DNA from: Methanothermus fervidus DSM 2088
GTDB lineage: Archaea > Methanobacteriota > Methanobacteria > DSM-2088 > Methanothermaceae
Assembly: GCA_000166095.1 (NCBI GenBank)
Contig: CP002278.1
Span: 918,717 to 982,716 of the forward strand
Direction: 5' to 3'
Length of the DNA stretch: 64,000 bases
Program-made: the position numbers and the translations under genes
Part shown: positions 1 to 10,903 of the stretch, piece after piece
How the letters are laid out: each line of letters opens with the position of its first letter
Numbering within the stretch: the first letter of the stretch is position 1
Notes under the pieces: model-generated
The model's database searches: none
What the model was told of the DNA's origin: nothing
The model's input: the letters and a program-made list of their open reading frames with translations, nothing else

Positions 1-877
1 TATCTCTTTCCTTAGTTAGCTTATCAATTTTCTTTTGCAACCTTTCAATTTTGGAATATTTAGGATGTTCTTCAACTTGGAATGCTAAAGTACGTTCTAT
101 ATTCTTTTTGGATACTCTTTGTGGATGACCCACTCTTACACATTTCATATTTTCAGGAAGTCTTTCAAGTATGTTGTCAACTGCAATGTTACTTTCTGCT
201 GTGACAAGCACTTTATTACCTCTTTTGACTTCTTGTTTGATGATTTCTAAAATAGTCCTTGTTTTTCCTGTACCAAATGGCCCATGAATCAAGAAAAAGT
301 CTTTAGTTGCTAAAGCTTTAGATATTGCTTCTATTTGTGATTCATTTAATTTTTTATCTATAAGTTCGAACTCTTCTTTTTTAATATCTAAATCAGGGGT
401 AGCTTCATCAAGGATGTAAGATAAAACTTTGATTGTGTTCTCATTTAAGTTTTTTAAATTATCAATCATTCTCCTGAAAGTTATATCATTTGCATAGAGG
501 TCAATTCTTACATTTTTTAATGCCCATTTAGGAACATCTTCTAATGCAACTGTTATAAATCGGTTACCTTTTTCAGCGACGGTCCCTACTAAATCACTGT
601 AAAGAGGATTTCCCTTACTTATTAAAACTAAATCACCAACTTTTATTTCAGTTTCAATTTCTTTTCTACGTCCATATCTCACAAGTGTAAAACCTAATTC
701 CCTTCCTAATATTTTTCCATTGAGATTGTTTATAGCCCTGCCTACCTTTTCTCTCTCCCGGGCTGAAAGCCTTGCCATTTCAGCTCTCATGGCTTCTATT
801 TCTGCTTCTCTTTCCATTTCAACAAGTCTTATAAGCTTTCTAACATAATTTTTTATTTTTCTCTTTATTCTAACCAT
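1..877 (-). CDS. SF1 Upf1/Dna2-like helicase, N-terminal part (partial; C-terminus lies beyond the window start)
   Basis: Minus-frame ORF open to position 1; start ATG at 877 (MVRIKRKIKNYV...); Walker A motif FLIHGPFGTGKTRT read directly from the reverse complement near 250-290; not in supplied ORF track because it runs off the edge. Confidence 0.6.
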   Translation of the reverse strand, partial: MVRIKRKIKNYVRKLIRLVEMEREAEIEAMRAEMARLSAREREKVGRAINNLNGKILGRELGFTLVRYGRRKEIETEIKVGDLVLISKGNPLYSDLVGTVAEKGNRFITVALEDVPKWALKNVRIDLYANDITFRRMIDNLKNLNENTIKVLSYILDEATPDLDIKKEEFELIDKKLNESQIEAISKALATKDFFLIHGPFGTGKTRTILEIIKQEVKRGNKVLVTAESNIAVDNILERLPENMKCVRVGHPQRVSKKNIERTLAFQVEEHPKYSKIERLQKKIDKLTKERD

Positions 878-886
878 GGTTTTACC

Positions 887-1534
887 TCAGAAAGGAGGAT
901 AATTACCAAAAAATTCCCTTGCATACTCTCTGGCTATTTCAACTTGTTTTGGATATTCTTTATACATTTTATTTTCTAAATCTTTACGATTTTTTGACGT
1001 TACTATATATTTCAATATCTTTACATATTTACTCAACTGTTCACAAGAACAAGGCATTTCCAAAGTTATACATACATCTTTTTTCTTAAAATATTTTGTC
1101 CTTATATGTGGTGAAACAGATCCTATCAATATTCCATCTTCCAATTCTATGAGTGGTGGTACGCCATATTTCCATCTTCTTTCCGGGTCTACAAGTTTTT
1201 TATAGTTTTTAGGGTTATAACAATGCGCTTCAACATATATTCTGGGTTTATACTTAAGTATTAAATGAATTAAATATTTTCCTATTGGTGTTTGATAATA
1301 TTCTTCACATAAAGTACTAATATACCTACTTTTATCTCCATTGTAAATAATGACTTTTCCATCTTCTACAATGTTTGGAGTTATCTTTCTTAATGCATGT
1401 ATTGTTACTTCTGATTCTTCTCCATGCAATCCGCCTACGAAAAGCCTGACTGGTTTTGAACTTTTCTGGATCATTCTGAAAAAACTCAAAATAACACCTA
1501 AAAATTGAGGTTTGTTTAGGTTCCTTCTTCCCAA
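887..1534 (-). CDS. hypothetical protein (conserved-looking, no recognisable motif)
   Basis: 215-aa ORF; TTG start overlaps the 3' end of ahcY by 19 nt; ends 10 nt before helicase start, suggesting co-transcription ahcY-hyp-helicase. Confidence 0.4.
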   Translation of the reverse strand: MGRRNLNKPQFLGVILSFFRMIQKSSKPVRLFVGGLHGEESEVTIHALRKITPNIVEDGKVIIYNGDKSRYISTLCEEYYQTPIGKYLIHLILKYKPRIYVEAHCYNPKNYKKLVDPERRWKYGVPPLIELEDGILIGSVSPHIRTKYFKKKDVCITLEMPCSCEQLSKYVKILKYIVTSKNRKDLENKMYKEYPKQVEIAREYAREFFGNYPPF

Positions 1535-2769
1535 CTTGAAAGATATTTCTTTTGTTTTTCAGTGAGTTTATCAATGCTTATTCCCATGGCTTCTAATTTT
1601 AATTTAGCTACTCTAGTATCTATTTCTTCTGGAACGTTATATACACCGATATCTAATTCATTCTCAGATAAATATAAAACTGACAAGGCTTGAAGAGAAA
1701 AACTTATATCCATAATTTCTGATGGATGTCCCTGACCTCTACTTGATGCAAGATTTACAAGCCTTCCTTCTGCAAGGAGATATAACCTTCTACCGTCCTC
1801 AAGAACAAACTCTTCAATATCTTCATTAATTTTTTTATGTGAAATAGAAATATCAATTAAATCATTGCGGTTTATCTCAACATTGAAGTGGCCAGAATTT
1901 GCTAATATACATCCGTCCTTCATGTTTTCAAATTCTTTTCTAGTAACAACATCTATATTGCCAGTTGCAGTTATGAGAATATCAGCATATTTTACTGCAT
2001 CACTGATTTTCATTACTCTAAATCCATCCATTCTAGCTTCTAAAGCCCTTATTGGATCAACTTCTGTTACAATTACTTCAGCTCCTAAACCCTTAGCTCT
2101 AAGTGCTATACCTTTACCACACCATCCATATCCACACACTACAACAGTTTTTCCGGCTATTAGCATGTTTGTTGTACCCATAATCGCATCAAATGTAGAT
2201 TGTCCAGTTCCATACCTATTATCAAAAAGATATTTTGTTTTGGCATTGTTTACGGCAATTACTGGAAACTTTAGTTCACCATCCTTATTCATAGCTTTTA
2301 ATCGTTGGATACCTGTGGTTGTTTCTTCAGATGCGCCTCTTATATTTTTGATGAGTTCTCTTCTTTCCCTATGAACTAAAAATATCATATCAGCTCCATC
2401 ATCGATCAATATATCTGGTTCATGATCAAGAACTCTATGAATGTTCTCATAGTATTCCTCTGTAGTTTCATGTCTCCATCCATATATATTAAGACCCAAG
2501 GATGCTCCTGCTGCTGCAGCATCGTCTTGAGTTGACAATGGGTTGCAGCCAGTCATTGCAACTTCTGCTCCACCTTCCATCAATGTTAATCCTAAATTAA
2601 TGGTCTTTGGTTCTAAATGTAAACAACTACCTATAGTGATTCCTTCCAGTGGTTTTTTATCTCTAAATTCTTTTTTTATCTTTTCTAACACAGGCATATG
2701 TCTTTGGACCCATTTTATTCTTTTTTTACCTTTTGGAGCTAAAGAAATATCTCTAACTTTATATGACAT
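1516..2769 (-). CDS. ahcY: S-adenosyl-L-homocysteine hydrolase (in methanogens possibly S-inosyl-L-homocysteine hydrolase)
   Basis: 417 aa; NAD-binding [12 protein letters not shown] motif; overall AdoHcyase architecture. Confidence 0.85.
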   Translation of the reverse strand: MSYKVRDISLAPKGKKRIKWVQRHMPVLEKIKKEFRDKKPLEGITIGSCLHLEPKTINLGLTLMEGGAEVAMTGCNPLSTQDDAAAAGASLGLNIYGWRHETTEEYYENIHRVLDHEPDILIDDGADMIFLVHRERRELIKNIRGASEETTTGIQRLKAMNKDGELKFPVIAVNNAKTKYLFDNRYGTGQSTFDAIMGTTNMLIAGKTVVVCGYGWCGKGIALRAKGLGAEVIVTEVDPIRALEARMDGFRVMKISDAVKYADILITATGNIDVVTRKEFENMKDGCILANSGHFNVEINRNDLIDISISHKKINEDIEEFVLEDGRRLYLLAEGRLVNLASSRGQGHPSEIMDISFSLQALSVLYLSENELDIGVYNVPEEIDTRVAKLKLEAMGISIDKLTEKQKKYLSSWEEGT

Positions 2770-2777
2770 TCAAACAC

Positions 2778-4976
2778 CTATCTATATTGTATTTGTTCTT
2801 CCCTAGCTTTTTTCTGGGGCTTTATTTTTTCAATTGCCTTCTTAAAGTTTTTCATTGGCACTTCTTCTGCATCAAGATTTTCTCTTAAAGTCATTAATGC
2901 GGCTTCTCTACATACAGCTTCTATGTCAGCCCCAACAAATCCTTCGGTCATTTCTGCTAATTTTTCTAAATCAACATCATCTGCTAATGGCATATTACGT
3001 GTGTGTACTTTAAATATTTTAAGTCTTGTTTCTTTATCAGGTTTGCCAATTTTTATTTGTCTATCAAATCTACCAGGTCTTAATAATGCTGGATCAATTA
3101 TGTCAGGCCTATTTGTAGCTGCTAATACTACTACATCTTCTAGTTCTTCTAAACCATCAATTTCTGTTAACAATTGATTTACAACCCTTTGTGTAACACC
3201 AGAATCAGCAGAAATACCAGTTCTTGTAGATGCTATTGCGTCTATTTCATCAAAGAAAACTATTGTTGGTGCAGTTTGTCTAGCCTTTCTAAATACTTCT
3301 CTAACACCTTTCTCAGATTCTCCCACCCATTTTGATAACAATTCAGGACCCTTTATTGCAATGAAGTTTGCACCACTTTCATTTGCAACAGCCTTTGCTA
3401 GCAATGTCTTTCCAGTTCCAGGTGGTCCATATAGGAGTACACCTTTTGGAGGTTTAATTCCAAATTTTTTGAATTTTTCTGGATATTTAAGTGGCCATTC
3501 TACAGTTTCTCTTAACTCTTGTTTTACGTCTTCTAAACCTCCCACATCATCCCAGGTTACATTGGGCACTTGTACTGTCACTTCTCTTAATGCAGAAGGT
3601 TGGATTTCTTTTAGAGCGTTTTTGAAATCTTCCCTTGTAACCACCATTTCTTTAAGCACTTCTCTAGGTACCTTCTCCTTACCTTTTATTTTAGGTAATA
3701 TTCTTCTCAATACTCTCATTGCAGCTTCTTTACAAAGAGCTTCTAAATCTGCCCCAACAAATCCATGAGTTACATCTGCAAGTTCATCTAAATCAACATC
3801 ATCTGCTAATGGCATGCCTCGAGTATGTATTTCTAAAATTTCCTTTCTTTCATCTCTGTCAGGCACTCCAATTTCTATTTCTCTATCAAACCTTCCAGGT
3901 CTTCTTAATGCAGGATCCAATGCATCTGGCCTGTTTGTTGCACCGATGACTATTACTTGTCCTCTTGCTTTTAGACCATCCATAAGTGTGAGCAATTGTG
4001 CCACAATTCTTCTTTCAACTTCACCAGTTACTTCTTCTCTTTTAGGCGCTATTGCATCGATTTCATCTATGAATATAATTGATGGTGCATTTTCTTCTGC
4101 TTCTTTGAATATTTCTCTCAATCTTTCTTCAGATCCACCAACATATTTACTCATGATTTCAGGACCATTTATTGCGATGAAATGAGCATCACTTTCATTT
4201 GCAACAGCCTTTGCTAGCAATGTCTTTCCAGTTCCAGGTGGTCCATGCAAGAGAACTCCTTTTGGAGGTTCTATACCTAACCTTTCAAACAATTCAGGAT
4301 TTTTTAAAGGTATTTCTATCATTTCTCTTACTTTTTGTATAGCTTCCTTCATTCCACCAATATCTTCATAAGTTACGTCAGTAAGACTTTTAATACCTTC
4401 TATTTCACTTACATCTACAGGTTTTGACTGAATTTCTACATCTGTTGTATCTGTTACACGAACAATTCCTGGAGGTTTTGTTGATACCACTGCAAATCTT
4501 ATTTCACCTAAAGGAGATAAATCCATCATTTCTTTAAATATTTCTTCAAAGAACCCTCCACCAAGTCCGCTTATGCTAGGTCTTAAACTGGAGACTATTA
4601 TATCTCCCTTTGTTAAGATTCTATTAATAAATGCAGATCTCACATCTCCACGAACCATTACATGCTGATCTATTGGAGCTAAAACAACTTTTTCAGCTTC
4701 CTTTACTTCAGCTTTTCTTATTTTTACTTCATCGCCTATTGAGGCTCCTGCATTTTTCCTAATATATCCATCCATTCTTATTACATTTAATCCTACATCA
4801 GTTTCTGATGGACGTACTATAGCTCCAGTAACTTTTTTACCTTCTATTTCTATTACATCGCCCTCTCGTACGCCCAATTTTTCCATAAGTTTTGGATCAA
4901 GCCTAACTATTGATTTTCCAACATCTGATTGTGATAATGCTTCCGCAACTTTAGCTTTAACTTCATTCTTCTCCAT
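2778..4976 (-). CDS. cdc48: CDC48/VCP-like AAA+ ATPase (two AAA domains)
   Basis: Two Walker A GPPGTGKT motifs and two second-region-of-homology motifs; N-terminal double-psi-barrel region; start refined to ATG 4976 preceded by GGTGAT (track start 4988 is GTG). Confidence 0.85.
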   Translation of the reverse strand: MEKNEVKAKVAEALSQSDVGKSIVRLDPKLMEKLGVREGDVIEIEGKKVTGAIVRPSETDVGLNVIRMDGYIRKNAGASIGDEVKIRKAEVKEAEKVVLAPIDQHVMVRGDVRSAFINRILTKGDIIVSSLRPSISGLGGGFFEEIFKEMMDLSPLGEIRFAVVSTKPPGIVRVTDTTDVEIQSKPVDVSEIEGIKSLTDVTYEDIGGMKEAIQKVREMIEIPLKNPELFERLGIEPPKGVLLHGPPGTGKTLLAKAVANESDAHFIAINGPEIMSKYVGGSEERLREIFKEAEENAPSIIFIDEIDAIAPKREEVTGEVERRIVAQLLTLMDGLKARGQVIVIGATNRPDALDPALRRPGRFDREIEIGVPDRDERKEILEIHTRGMPLADDVDLDELADVTHGFVGADLEALCKEAAMRVLRRILPKIKGKEKVPREVLKEMVVTREDFKNALKEIQPSALREVTVQVPNVTWDDVGGLEDVKQELRETVEWPLKYPEKFKKFGIKPPKGVLLYGPPGTGKTLLAKAVANESGANFIAIKGPELLSKWVGESEKGVREVFRKARQTAPTIVFFDEIDAIASTRTGISADSGVTQRVVNQLLTEIDGLEELEDVVVLAATNRPDIIDPALLRPGRFDRQIKIGKPDKETRLKIFKVHTRNMPLADDVDLEKLAEMTEGFVGADIEAVCREAALMTLRENLDAEEVPMKNFKKAIEKIKPQKKAREEQIQYR

Positions 4977-5274
4977 GCCTATCACCACTTTATTTTGTTA
5001 TGTGAGTTCTTATTGATAATTTTTAGTAAAATTTTGTAACTATAATATACTTTAACATATTAATTATATATATTTTTAATTTTTTGTAAAAAATTGCATA
5101 ACACTTCTAAAATTTTTCATAATTTTAGTATTTCGAATTATTTGAAGAAAAATAAAAGAAATTTGTCATCGTTTTATACTTTTTTCTTAAATGTTTTTAC
5201 ATATTTATAAGTCGAAAATTATATTATGTACATATCGTTTATATAAAAATGAAAATCAAGAAGGAGGTGAAAAA

Positions 5275-7647
5275 TTGTCAAGAAAAATTTTGGCAATAGC
5301 TTTACTAGTGACATTCATAAGTTTGACTTTAGGAACAGCTACAGCATCAGAAGTATATGACATTTCCAAACAAATAGTGATGGATGCAAAAAACAAACTG
5401 AACATTGATAACAACAGCCAATGTTTGGTAATAACCACAGCAGGAAGTGCCAGATACAAAAATGAAAATACTGTAGATGGAATACAAGCTGTAGTTGATC
5501 ATATGCCATCTGCAAGATTAGGTAAAGGAAACATTCTAACATTGTATAAATATGGAAACTTAGAGTTTACATTTGTAAAAAAAGAAGACAAAGAATTGTA
5601 TGCAATAAAATATTATGTTGATGATTCTGGAATCAAAAGTACTCCAAAGTTAAATATTGGATTCAACATTGACGAAAATCAGTTCAATGTAGCTAAAAAT
5701 TATTTAGGATACGACACTATAACAATAGCGTGGGCATGGGCATCAGGTGCACCTCCAGATCTTTTAGAGATAGCAACTACCACATGGAGTATAAGACCTC
5801 AAACAATAGCCGATTATGCCATCACAAAACATTATATAGCTAACTTTAACCCCAGTGAAACAATACTTATAAGTAAATCTGGAAATTATGATGATGATGC
5901 AGCATTGCACTTAGTTGGCAATAGATTGCATGCTGTATATAAATATGAAGGTCCAGACGATGAAAAAGTGTTCATTGCATATGATTACCCATCTTGTGTA
6001 GTAGTTCATTACAAAGAAAAAATAAGCAAAACAAGGCCAGAGAGCCTTGAAGAACTTAAAGAAATGATAGCATGCATTGAAAAATTAAAAACAAATCCAT
6101 CATCATTATTCTCAATTAAATATCTTAAGACTGGAAATTCAAATGATGCAGCTTATTTAGCTAAAAATGGAATAGACGAGAATTATATATCCAAACTTAA
6201 TAATGCCAACATAGAATTACATGAACCAAAAATAGCAGAGGTAAATTATGATAAATATTACAATCTTGGTAAAGAAATTTTCAACAAAGTTTATAAGGTA
6301 GGATTATTTACAACTGAAGACATTAACGCTGGCAAAGTCACTGTAGTTTTACCTCCTTACTACAGTGTTTACAGTGGAACAAATGAATATATTGCTGGAT
6401 TAATAGACGGAATCATTGATGCTGCAAAAGAATTTGGTGCTGTATTCCCAATTAGAAATATTTTCCAAATAGATAACAAATGGTATGATTGGATTGGCAG
6501 TCAAATATCTATAATATTTGCAAAATCTGAAAATGAGAGATTTTTAACCACTAATAAGCTAGAAGACCTTAAAATACAAGGCGTGTTTGTAACGATTAAA
6601 CCTCCAAAGATTGAAGTTAGTGAAATTCGTGACATAAGTCCTGCTAACGATCCTTCTCCAGTAGCTAAATATGGTTTTGAAGATCCATTAAAGATGATTT
6701 TTGCTTGGAGCATGGGCTCACCATATGAGTATCTATGGATATATCAACGTTCAGGACGTTCATATACATGGGAAGATTATGATATTGTATTAGCATTAGA
6801 ACCATGGAAAATCAATGATGGAAATCTTATTTTAATAGCACCTATAGGGGAATGGGAATGGAGCAGCGATGCTTTACTCAGGGTAATAGGATACGGTGTA
6901 TCACCTTCCAGAGGTACCTACTTCTCATATACCATAACACAGCCAGTTGAAAGTCTTACAAATATCTATAGAATAATAGGTATTCCCAATACAATAAAAT
7001 TAATTACTTATGATAAAAGTAAAATTGCCAAACTTGTTTCTGCACGAGGATTCACGTGTTCTATAGGAAATCAACTGTATCGTTCACTTTATCTTTGGAA
7101 CAACAAAGAAGATTCTAAAGATTTCAAAGATGCCATATTTACTACTGAAATTAAACAAATATCTATTGAAGAGATATTGAAGTCACAAGATCCTGTAGCT
7201 TTATTATTAGCTCCACCTACTCTAACTCCTACACCCACTCTATCTCCAATTCCAACACCTACACCAACAGTACCGCCAACTCCATCTCCAATTTCCACAC
7301 TTACTCCAACTTCAACCTTTATATCTACGCCAACCCCCATATCAATAGTGTTACCAACCCCAATTCCTACGCCAATGCTTATACCAGCAGCCATGCCAAC
7401 AACGGTGTCAAACCTGGCTTTATCAGCGTCTTTACCTACATTACCAACTTCTACACCAACAAAAACTGTTAAAAAAATAATTAAACCAACGACAATGACA
7501 AAAATTGCTCCAAAAACTAGTAAAAACTTGAATACAGTGATATTGTATGTTGCCACATTAACAGCAATACTGGCAGTTGTCTATGGCATAACCTACCTTA
7601 TAAAACGTAGAAAGGAATTAATATTGCGTACAGAACCTGGAAAATAA
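5275..7647 (+). CDS. large secreted/surface protein with signal peptide, Pro/Thr-rich linker and C-terminal TM anchor plus basic tail
   Basis: TTG 5275 follows GGAGGTGA RBS (track ATG 5191 lies in the AT-rich promoter and is less likely); hydrophobic N-terminus ILAIALLVTFISLTLGTATA; TPTPTLSPIPTPTPTVPPTPSP linker; C-terminal helix VILYVATLTAILAVVYGITYLI followed by KRRK. Confidence 0.6.
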   Translation: MSRKILAIALLVTFISLTLGTATASEVYDISKQIVMDAKNKLNIDNNSQCLVITTAGSARYKNENTVDGIQAVVDHMPSARLGKGNILTLYKYGNLEFTFVKKEDKELYAIKYYVDDSGIKSTPKLNIGFNIDENQFNVAKNYLGYDTITIAWAWASGAPPDLLEIATTTWSIRPQTIADYAITKHYIANFNPSETILISKSGNYDDDAALHLVGNRLHAVYKYEGPDDEKVFIAYDYPSCVVVHYKEKISKTRPESLEELKEMIACIEKLKTNPSSLFSIKYLKTGNSNDAAYLAKNGIDENYISKLNNANIELHEPKIAEVNYDKYYNLGKEIFNKVYKVGLFTTEDINAGKVTVVLPPYYSVYSGTNEYIAGLIDGIIDAAKEFGAVFPIRNIFQIDNKWYDWIGSQISIIFAKSENERFLTTNKLEDLKIQGVFVTIKPPKIEVSEIRDISPANDPSPVAKYGFEDPLKMIFAWSMGSPYEYLWIYQRSGRSYTWEDYDIVLALEPWKINDGNLILIAPIGEWEWSSDALLRVIGYGVSPSRGTYFSYTITQPVESLTNIYRIIGIPNTIKLITYDKSKIAKLVSARGFTCSIGNQLYRSLYLWNNKEDSKDFKDAIFTTEIKQISIEEILKSQDPVALLLAPPTLTPTPTLSPIPTPTPTVPPTPSPISTLTPTSTFISTPTPISIVLPTPIPTPMLIPAAMPTTVSNLALSASLPTLPTSTPTKTVKKIIKPTTMTKIAPKTSKNLNTVILYVATLTAILAVVYGITYLIKRRKELILRTEPGK

Positions 7648-7686
7648 ATTTTTTCTTCTTCTTTTAAATTTTTAGGAGGTGAAATA

Positions 7687-9525
7687 ATGAGAAAAATGTT
7701 TATTCCGACACTGTTCTTCTTAAGTCTCTTGCTTGTGAATACAGCTCATGCCGCCAAAGTTGTATATGTCCATGAAAATGGTAGTGACATATATGATGGT
7801 AGTTCTTGGACTCATGCCTTGAAAACATTGAATAAAAGTATTGATATTGTGGAAAATGGTGGGATTATATATGCCTGTGGAAAATTTCAGGCGAGCAATA
7901 TAACAATAAATAAAAATTTAAGTATTGTTGGTAAAAACACGACAATATTTGATGGAAGTGGGAGTGGAATTTTGGAAATAACTCCAGGAAACACTGTTAA
8001 ACTGGTTAATTTAATATTTGTAAATGGTAATAGGACAGAAGGCGGAGCAATAATTAATAAAGGATGTTTAATAATTGAAAATTGTACTTTTATAAATAAC
8101 ACGGCAATATATGGAGGGGCTATTAGAAGTTATGGCAACTTAACAATTAAAAATTCATTGTTTAAAAGTAATGTGGCATTTACAGATGAAGGTCGTGGGG
8201 GAGCAATTAACTGTGATGGAGCCCAAGAAACTAAAATAGAAAATTGTGAATTTTGGGATGGCATTGCTCCTCATAACGGCGGTGCTATATATGGTTGGCA
8301 ATCAGGATATATTTATATAAAAAATTGTAAATTTGTTCGAAATAAGGCTCCAAATCCTGCTCATGGCGGTGCAATTTACGTTAGATGGACAAATGTTGTG
8401 ATAGAAAATTCTGAATTTATAAACAATACAGCAGAAGTTGGAGGAGCATTAAGAAATCATGATGGAGTAATGAAAATAGTAAATTGTACATTTATAGGCA
8501 ATATTGCAAGTGGTTGGAAAAAAAGAGGTCCAATAGGCGGTGCATTAGAAAATGGTCTTAATATGACAATAGAGAATTCTACATTCATAAATAATTTTGC
8601 AGAAAAACAAGGGGGAGCGATTAATAATTATGGTACACTAATAATTAAAGGCTGCAGTTTTCTTAATAATAAATCTCCTAGAGGATCAGCGATTTATAAT
8701 AGCAATGGAACTTTAACAGTTTCATTTTCAAGATTCGTTGACAATGAAGGAGACGTTGATATAAATTCTACAAATCAAAATGTAACCGCTGAATTAAATT
8801 GGTGGGGTCAAAATAATCCTGACTTTAGTAAAAGAGTGGCAGGGTTTAATGTTACAAAATGGTTAGTACTTAAAGTAATTCCAATACCTGAAAGATCTGA
8901 AATTAAAGTGTCAATCACAAGTGATAATTATGGAAACCAATATGACCCCAAAGATGGCTGTATTCCACCAACACCAGTGTTGTTTAAATTAGATCCATCT
9001 TCAAATGCTAGTGGAATTTTAAAACCAGAATACTGTCTTACAGACAATGGAGAATGCATAAGTAAATTTATAACAATAAAGCCAGGAACTGCTATCATAA
9101 CAACTACAGTAGACCATGAAACTATTAGTACAAGGATGGAAGCATCAATCCAAAACAAAACCTTCACAATAACCCTAACAAACTTAGGAAAATCAACAAT
9201 AACCATAAAATATTACATCTCAATCTACACAAATCCAGTTAATGGAACTAAAGTCAGCTATAGAGAATTAACAATAACTCTAAAGCCAAATGAAACAAAA
9301 ACAATAGAGTTAGGTAAATATCCATTTAAATATGCAGTATCTGGAACAATGATTGTCAAAAATCCATCAAGATATAGAATTCCATTAAATCTAAGAATAA
9401 AATATGAAATTGAGGGATTGAATCCACAGATGAGGGAGATAAGTAAATACATAGCTCCAAGGGGAGAATTTAGGTATATAGCTAGATATACAGGGAAAGA
9501 AGAAGGATATGCTGATGTTTGGTGA
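7687..9525 (+). CDS. secreted right-handed beta-helix repeat protein (GGAI-type repeats) with conserved C-terminal domain ending DVW
   Basis: Signal peptide [22 protein letters not shown]; >10 repeats of N-x-A-x-x-GGAI(Y/N) typical of parallel beta-helix (pectate lyase/Pmp-like) proteins; many N-x-S/T sequons; AGGAGGTGA RBS; C-terminal ~125 aa homologous to C-terminus of the 35321..36877 protein. Confidence 0.7.
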   Translation: MRKMFIPTLFFLSLLLVNTAHAAKVVYVHENGSDIYDGSSWTHALKTLNKSIDIVENGGIIYACGKFQASNITINKNLSIVGKNTTIFDGSGSGILEITPGNTVKLVNLIFVNGNRTEGGAIINKGCLIIENCTFINNTAIYGGAIRSYGNLTIKNSLFKSNVAFTDEGRGGAINCDGAQETKIENCEFWDGIAPHNGGAIYGWQSGYIYIKNCKFVRNKAPNPAHGGAIYVRWTNVVIENSEFINNTAEVGGALRNHDGVMKIVNCTFIGNIASGWKKRGPIGGALENGLNMTIENSTFINNFAEKQGGAINNYGTLIIKGCSFLNNKSPRGSAIYNSNGTLTVSFSRFVDNEGDVDINSTNQNVTAELNWWGQNNPDFSKRVAGFNVTKWLVLKVIPIPERSEIKVSITSDNYGNQYDPKDGCIPPTPVLFKLDPSSNASGILKPEYCLTDNGECISKFITIKPGTAIITTTVDHETISTRMEASIQNKTFTITLTNLGKSTITIKYYISIYTNPVNGTKVSYRELTITLKPNETKTIELGKYPFKYAVSGTMIVKNPSRYRIPLNLRIKYEIEGLNPQMREISKYIAPRGEFRYIARYTGKEEGYADVW

Positions 9526-9562
9526 TTCTTTTTTTATTTTTTTAAATTTTGTGGTGATAAAA

Positions 9563-10339
9563 TTGGAAATTGATTGGAATGAATTGTGGAAAGAAAAAAT
9601 AAAAATTTATTCTAAAAATATTGATTGGGATTCACGAGCTAAAAAATTTAATAAAGCTATAAAATGCAATAATGATTATTCAATCAATGTGTTAAAAAGA
9701 ATTAAATTAGATCCAGAATGGAGTGTTCTTGATGTTGGATGTGGTCCTGGAACTCTTGCAATACCAATAGCAAAAGAAGTTAAGCATGTCACAGCAGTTG
9801 ATATCTCTAAAGAAATGTTAAAGCTACTAAAAAAGAATGCTGAAAAAGAAGGTATATCAAACATAAATATTGTAAATGCTGATTTTAAAGACATTGACAT
9901 TGAAAAAATAAAACCTCATGACGTTGTAATTGCCTCAAGGTTTTGTGGATTAACCGGTGACTTAAAATACGAATTAAAAAAGTTGGATTCATTAGCAAAA
10001 AAATATGTTTATATAACTTCATTAGCACAAGACAGAAAATTAAATCTTAAAATTTATAAAGCATTAGGCAAGCCTATTTTTCCAACTTATATATTTATCT
10101 ACAATGTCCTGTATCAACTAGGAATTTTTGCAAATGTTGAAATATTTGATTCTAAAATCTACCAGGTTTTTAAAAATATAGATGAGGCTGTGAATGATTG
10201 GAAATGGTTTATGAAACTAAATAAAAAAGAAGAAAAAATTTTAAGGAATATAATATCTTCAAATCTTAAAAAAACTCAAAATGGTTTTATTTATCAAGAC
10301 AAAGTTAAGTGGGCATTAATTTGGTGGAGAAAGTTGTAG
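9563..10339 (+). CDS. class I SAM-dependent methyltransferase
   Basis: Motif I VLDVGCGPGTLAIPIA and acidic motif II; start placed at TTG 9563 after GGTGAT (track start 9509 overlaps upstream gene and an oligo-T tract); start uncertain. Confidence 0.6.
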   Translation: MEIDWNELWKEKIKIYSKNIDWDSRAKKFNKAIKCNNDYSINVLKRIKLDPEWSVLDVGCGPGTLAIPIAKEVKHVTAVDISKEMLKLLKKNAEKEGISNINIVNADFKDIDIEKIKPHDVVIASRFCGLTGDLKYELKKLDSLAKKYVYITSLAQDRKLNLKIYKALGKPIFPTYIFIYNVLYQLGIFANVEIFDSKIYQVFKNIDEAVNDWKWFMKLNKKEEKILRNIISSNLKKTQNGFIYQDKVKWALIWWRKL

Positions 10340-10421
10340 TAACTACATAATAATATATAAAATTTGCTACTTTTTGTCAAGTGAAAATTGTAATAAAAAA
10401 TTTAAAAATATATTGTAGTAA
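10334..10421. promoter_or_regulatory. three copies of TTGTARTAA (10334, 10388, 10413) upstream of the HTH-ferredoxin/fwd operon, first embedded in GTAGT-a-ACTAC palindrome; TATA-like TTTAAAAATATAT at 10401
   Basis: read directly from sequence. Confidence 0.4.
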
Positions 10422-10438
10422 AAACACATGGGGTGAAA

Positions 10439-10903
10439 ATGCCATCACATTTAGCCTCAGCCCTGAAGTGTATAACCGCAATAAAACTCAAAAAACAAGG
10501 ATTATCACAAGCTAAAATATCTAAATTGCTTGGTATAAATAGATCAACGGTTTCTCATTATTTACACGGCAGAAATGTCTCTCCAAAATCACTAAAGGTA
10601 GCAAAAATAATAATCAATTTTTGTCCAAGAGATTTCATACTTTTTGTACAGAGTGTTATAGAAAAAAAAGAAGAAGTAAAAACAATAGTAAAGACATGTC
10701 AAAATAGAAACTTCAAAGTTCTTGTAAAAGATTCTTGTATTGGATGCGGAACATGTAGTGAAAAATGTCCTATGGATGCCATAAAAATTTCAGGGCTGAA
10801 GGCTAAAGTAAATTCTAAATTATGTTGCGGATGTGAATTTTGTATTAAAGTTTGTAAAACAAATTCAATTGAAATTATGGAGGTAAAAAACAATGGAAAT
10901 TGA
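10439..10903 (+). CDS. helix-turn-helix / 2x[4Fe-4S] ferredoxin fusion protein, putative regulator (occupies the fwdH-like first position of the fwd operon)
   Basis: N-terminal HTH-like segment [22 protein letters not shown]; C-terminal [12 protein letters not shown] and [12 protein letters not shown] cluster motifs; ATG 10439 after GGGGTGA. Confidence 0.6.
   Translation: MPSHLASALKCITAIKLKKQGLSQAKISKLLGINRSTVSHYLHGRNVSPKSLKVAKIIINFCPRDFILFVQSVIEKKEEVKTIVKTCQNRNFKVLVKDSCIGCGTCSEKCPMDAIKISGLKAKVNSKLCCGCEFCIKVCKTNSIEIMEVKNNGN

Noticed and set aside
3361-4185. Several 76-135 aa plus-strand ORFs inside cdc48, and similar antisense ORFs inside ahcY, wtpC, feoB, acd and the B12 rSAM gene (e.g. 53927..54640, 16676..17275, 1865..2374)
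   Set aside because: They lie entirely antisense to strongly supported genes, have low-complexity Ser/Leu/Phe-rich translations and no RBS. Shadow ORFs.
5191-5274. Track start of the large surface protein at ATG 5191
   Set aside because: That ATG lies in the AT-rich promoter (upstream of the TATA-like TTTATATAAAAAT at 5238), and its N-terminal 28 aa precede the signal peptide. A TTG at 5275 after GGAGGTGA gives a canonical signal-peptide N-terminus. Kept as an alternative, not excluded.
7089-7556. 155-aa minus-strand ORF rich in GVG/VGV repeats
   Set aside because: It is the antisense reading of the Pro/Thr linker of the surface protein (complement of ACN/CCN codons), a typical shadow ORF.
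9509-9562. Track start of the methyltransferase at ATG 9509 overlapping the beta-helix gene
   Set aside because: The first 18 codons span an oligo-T terminator-like tract (TTCTTTTTTTATTTTTTTAAATTTT) with no RBS. A TTG at 9563 after GGTGAT is a more plausible start, though this remains uncertain.
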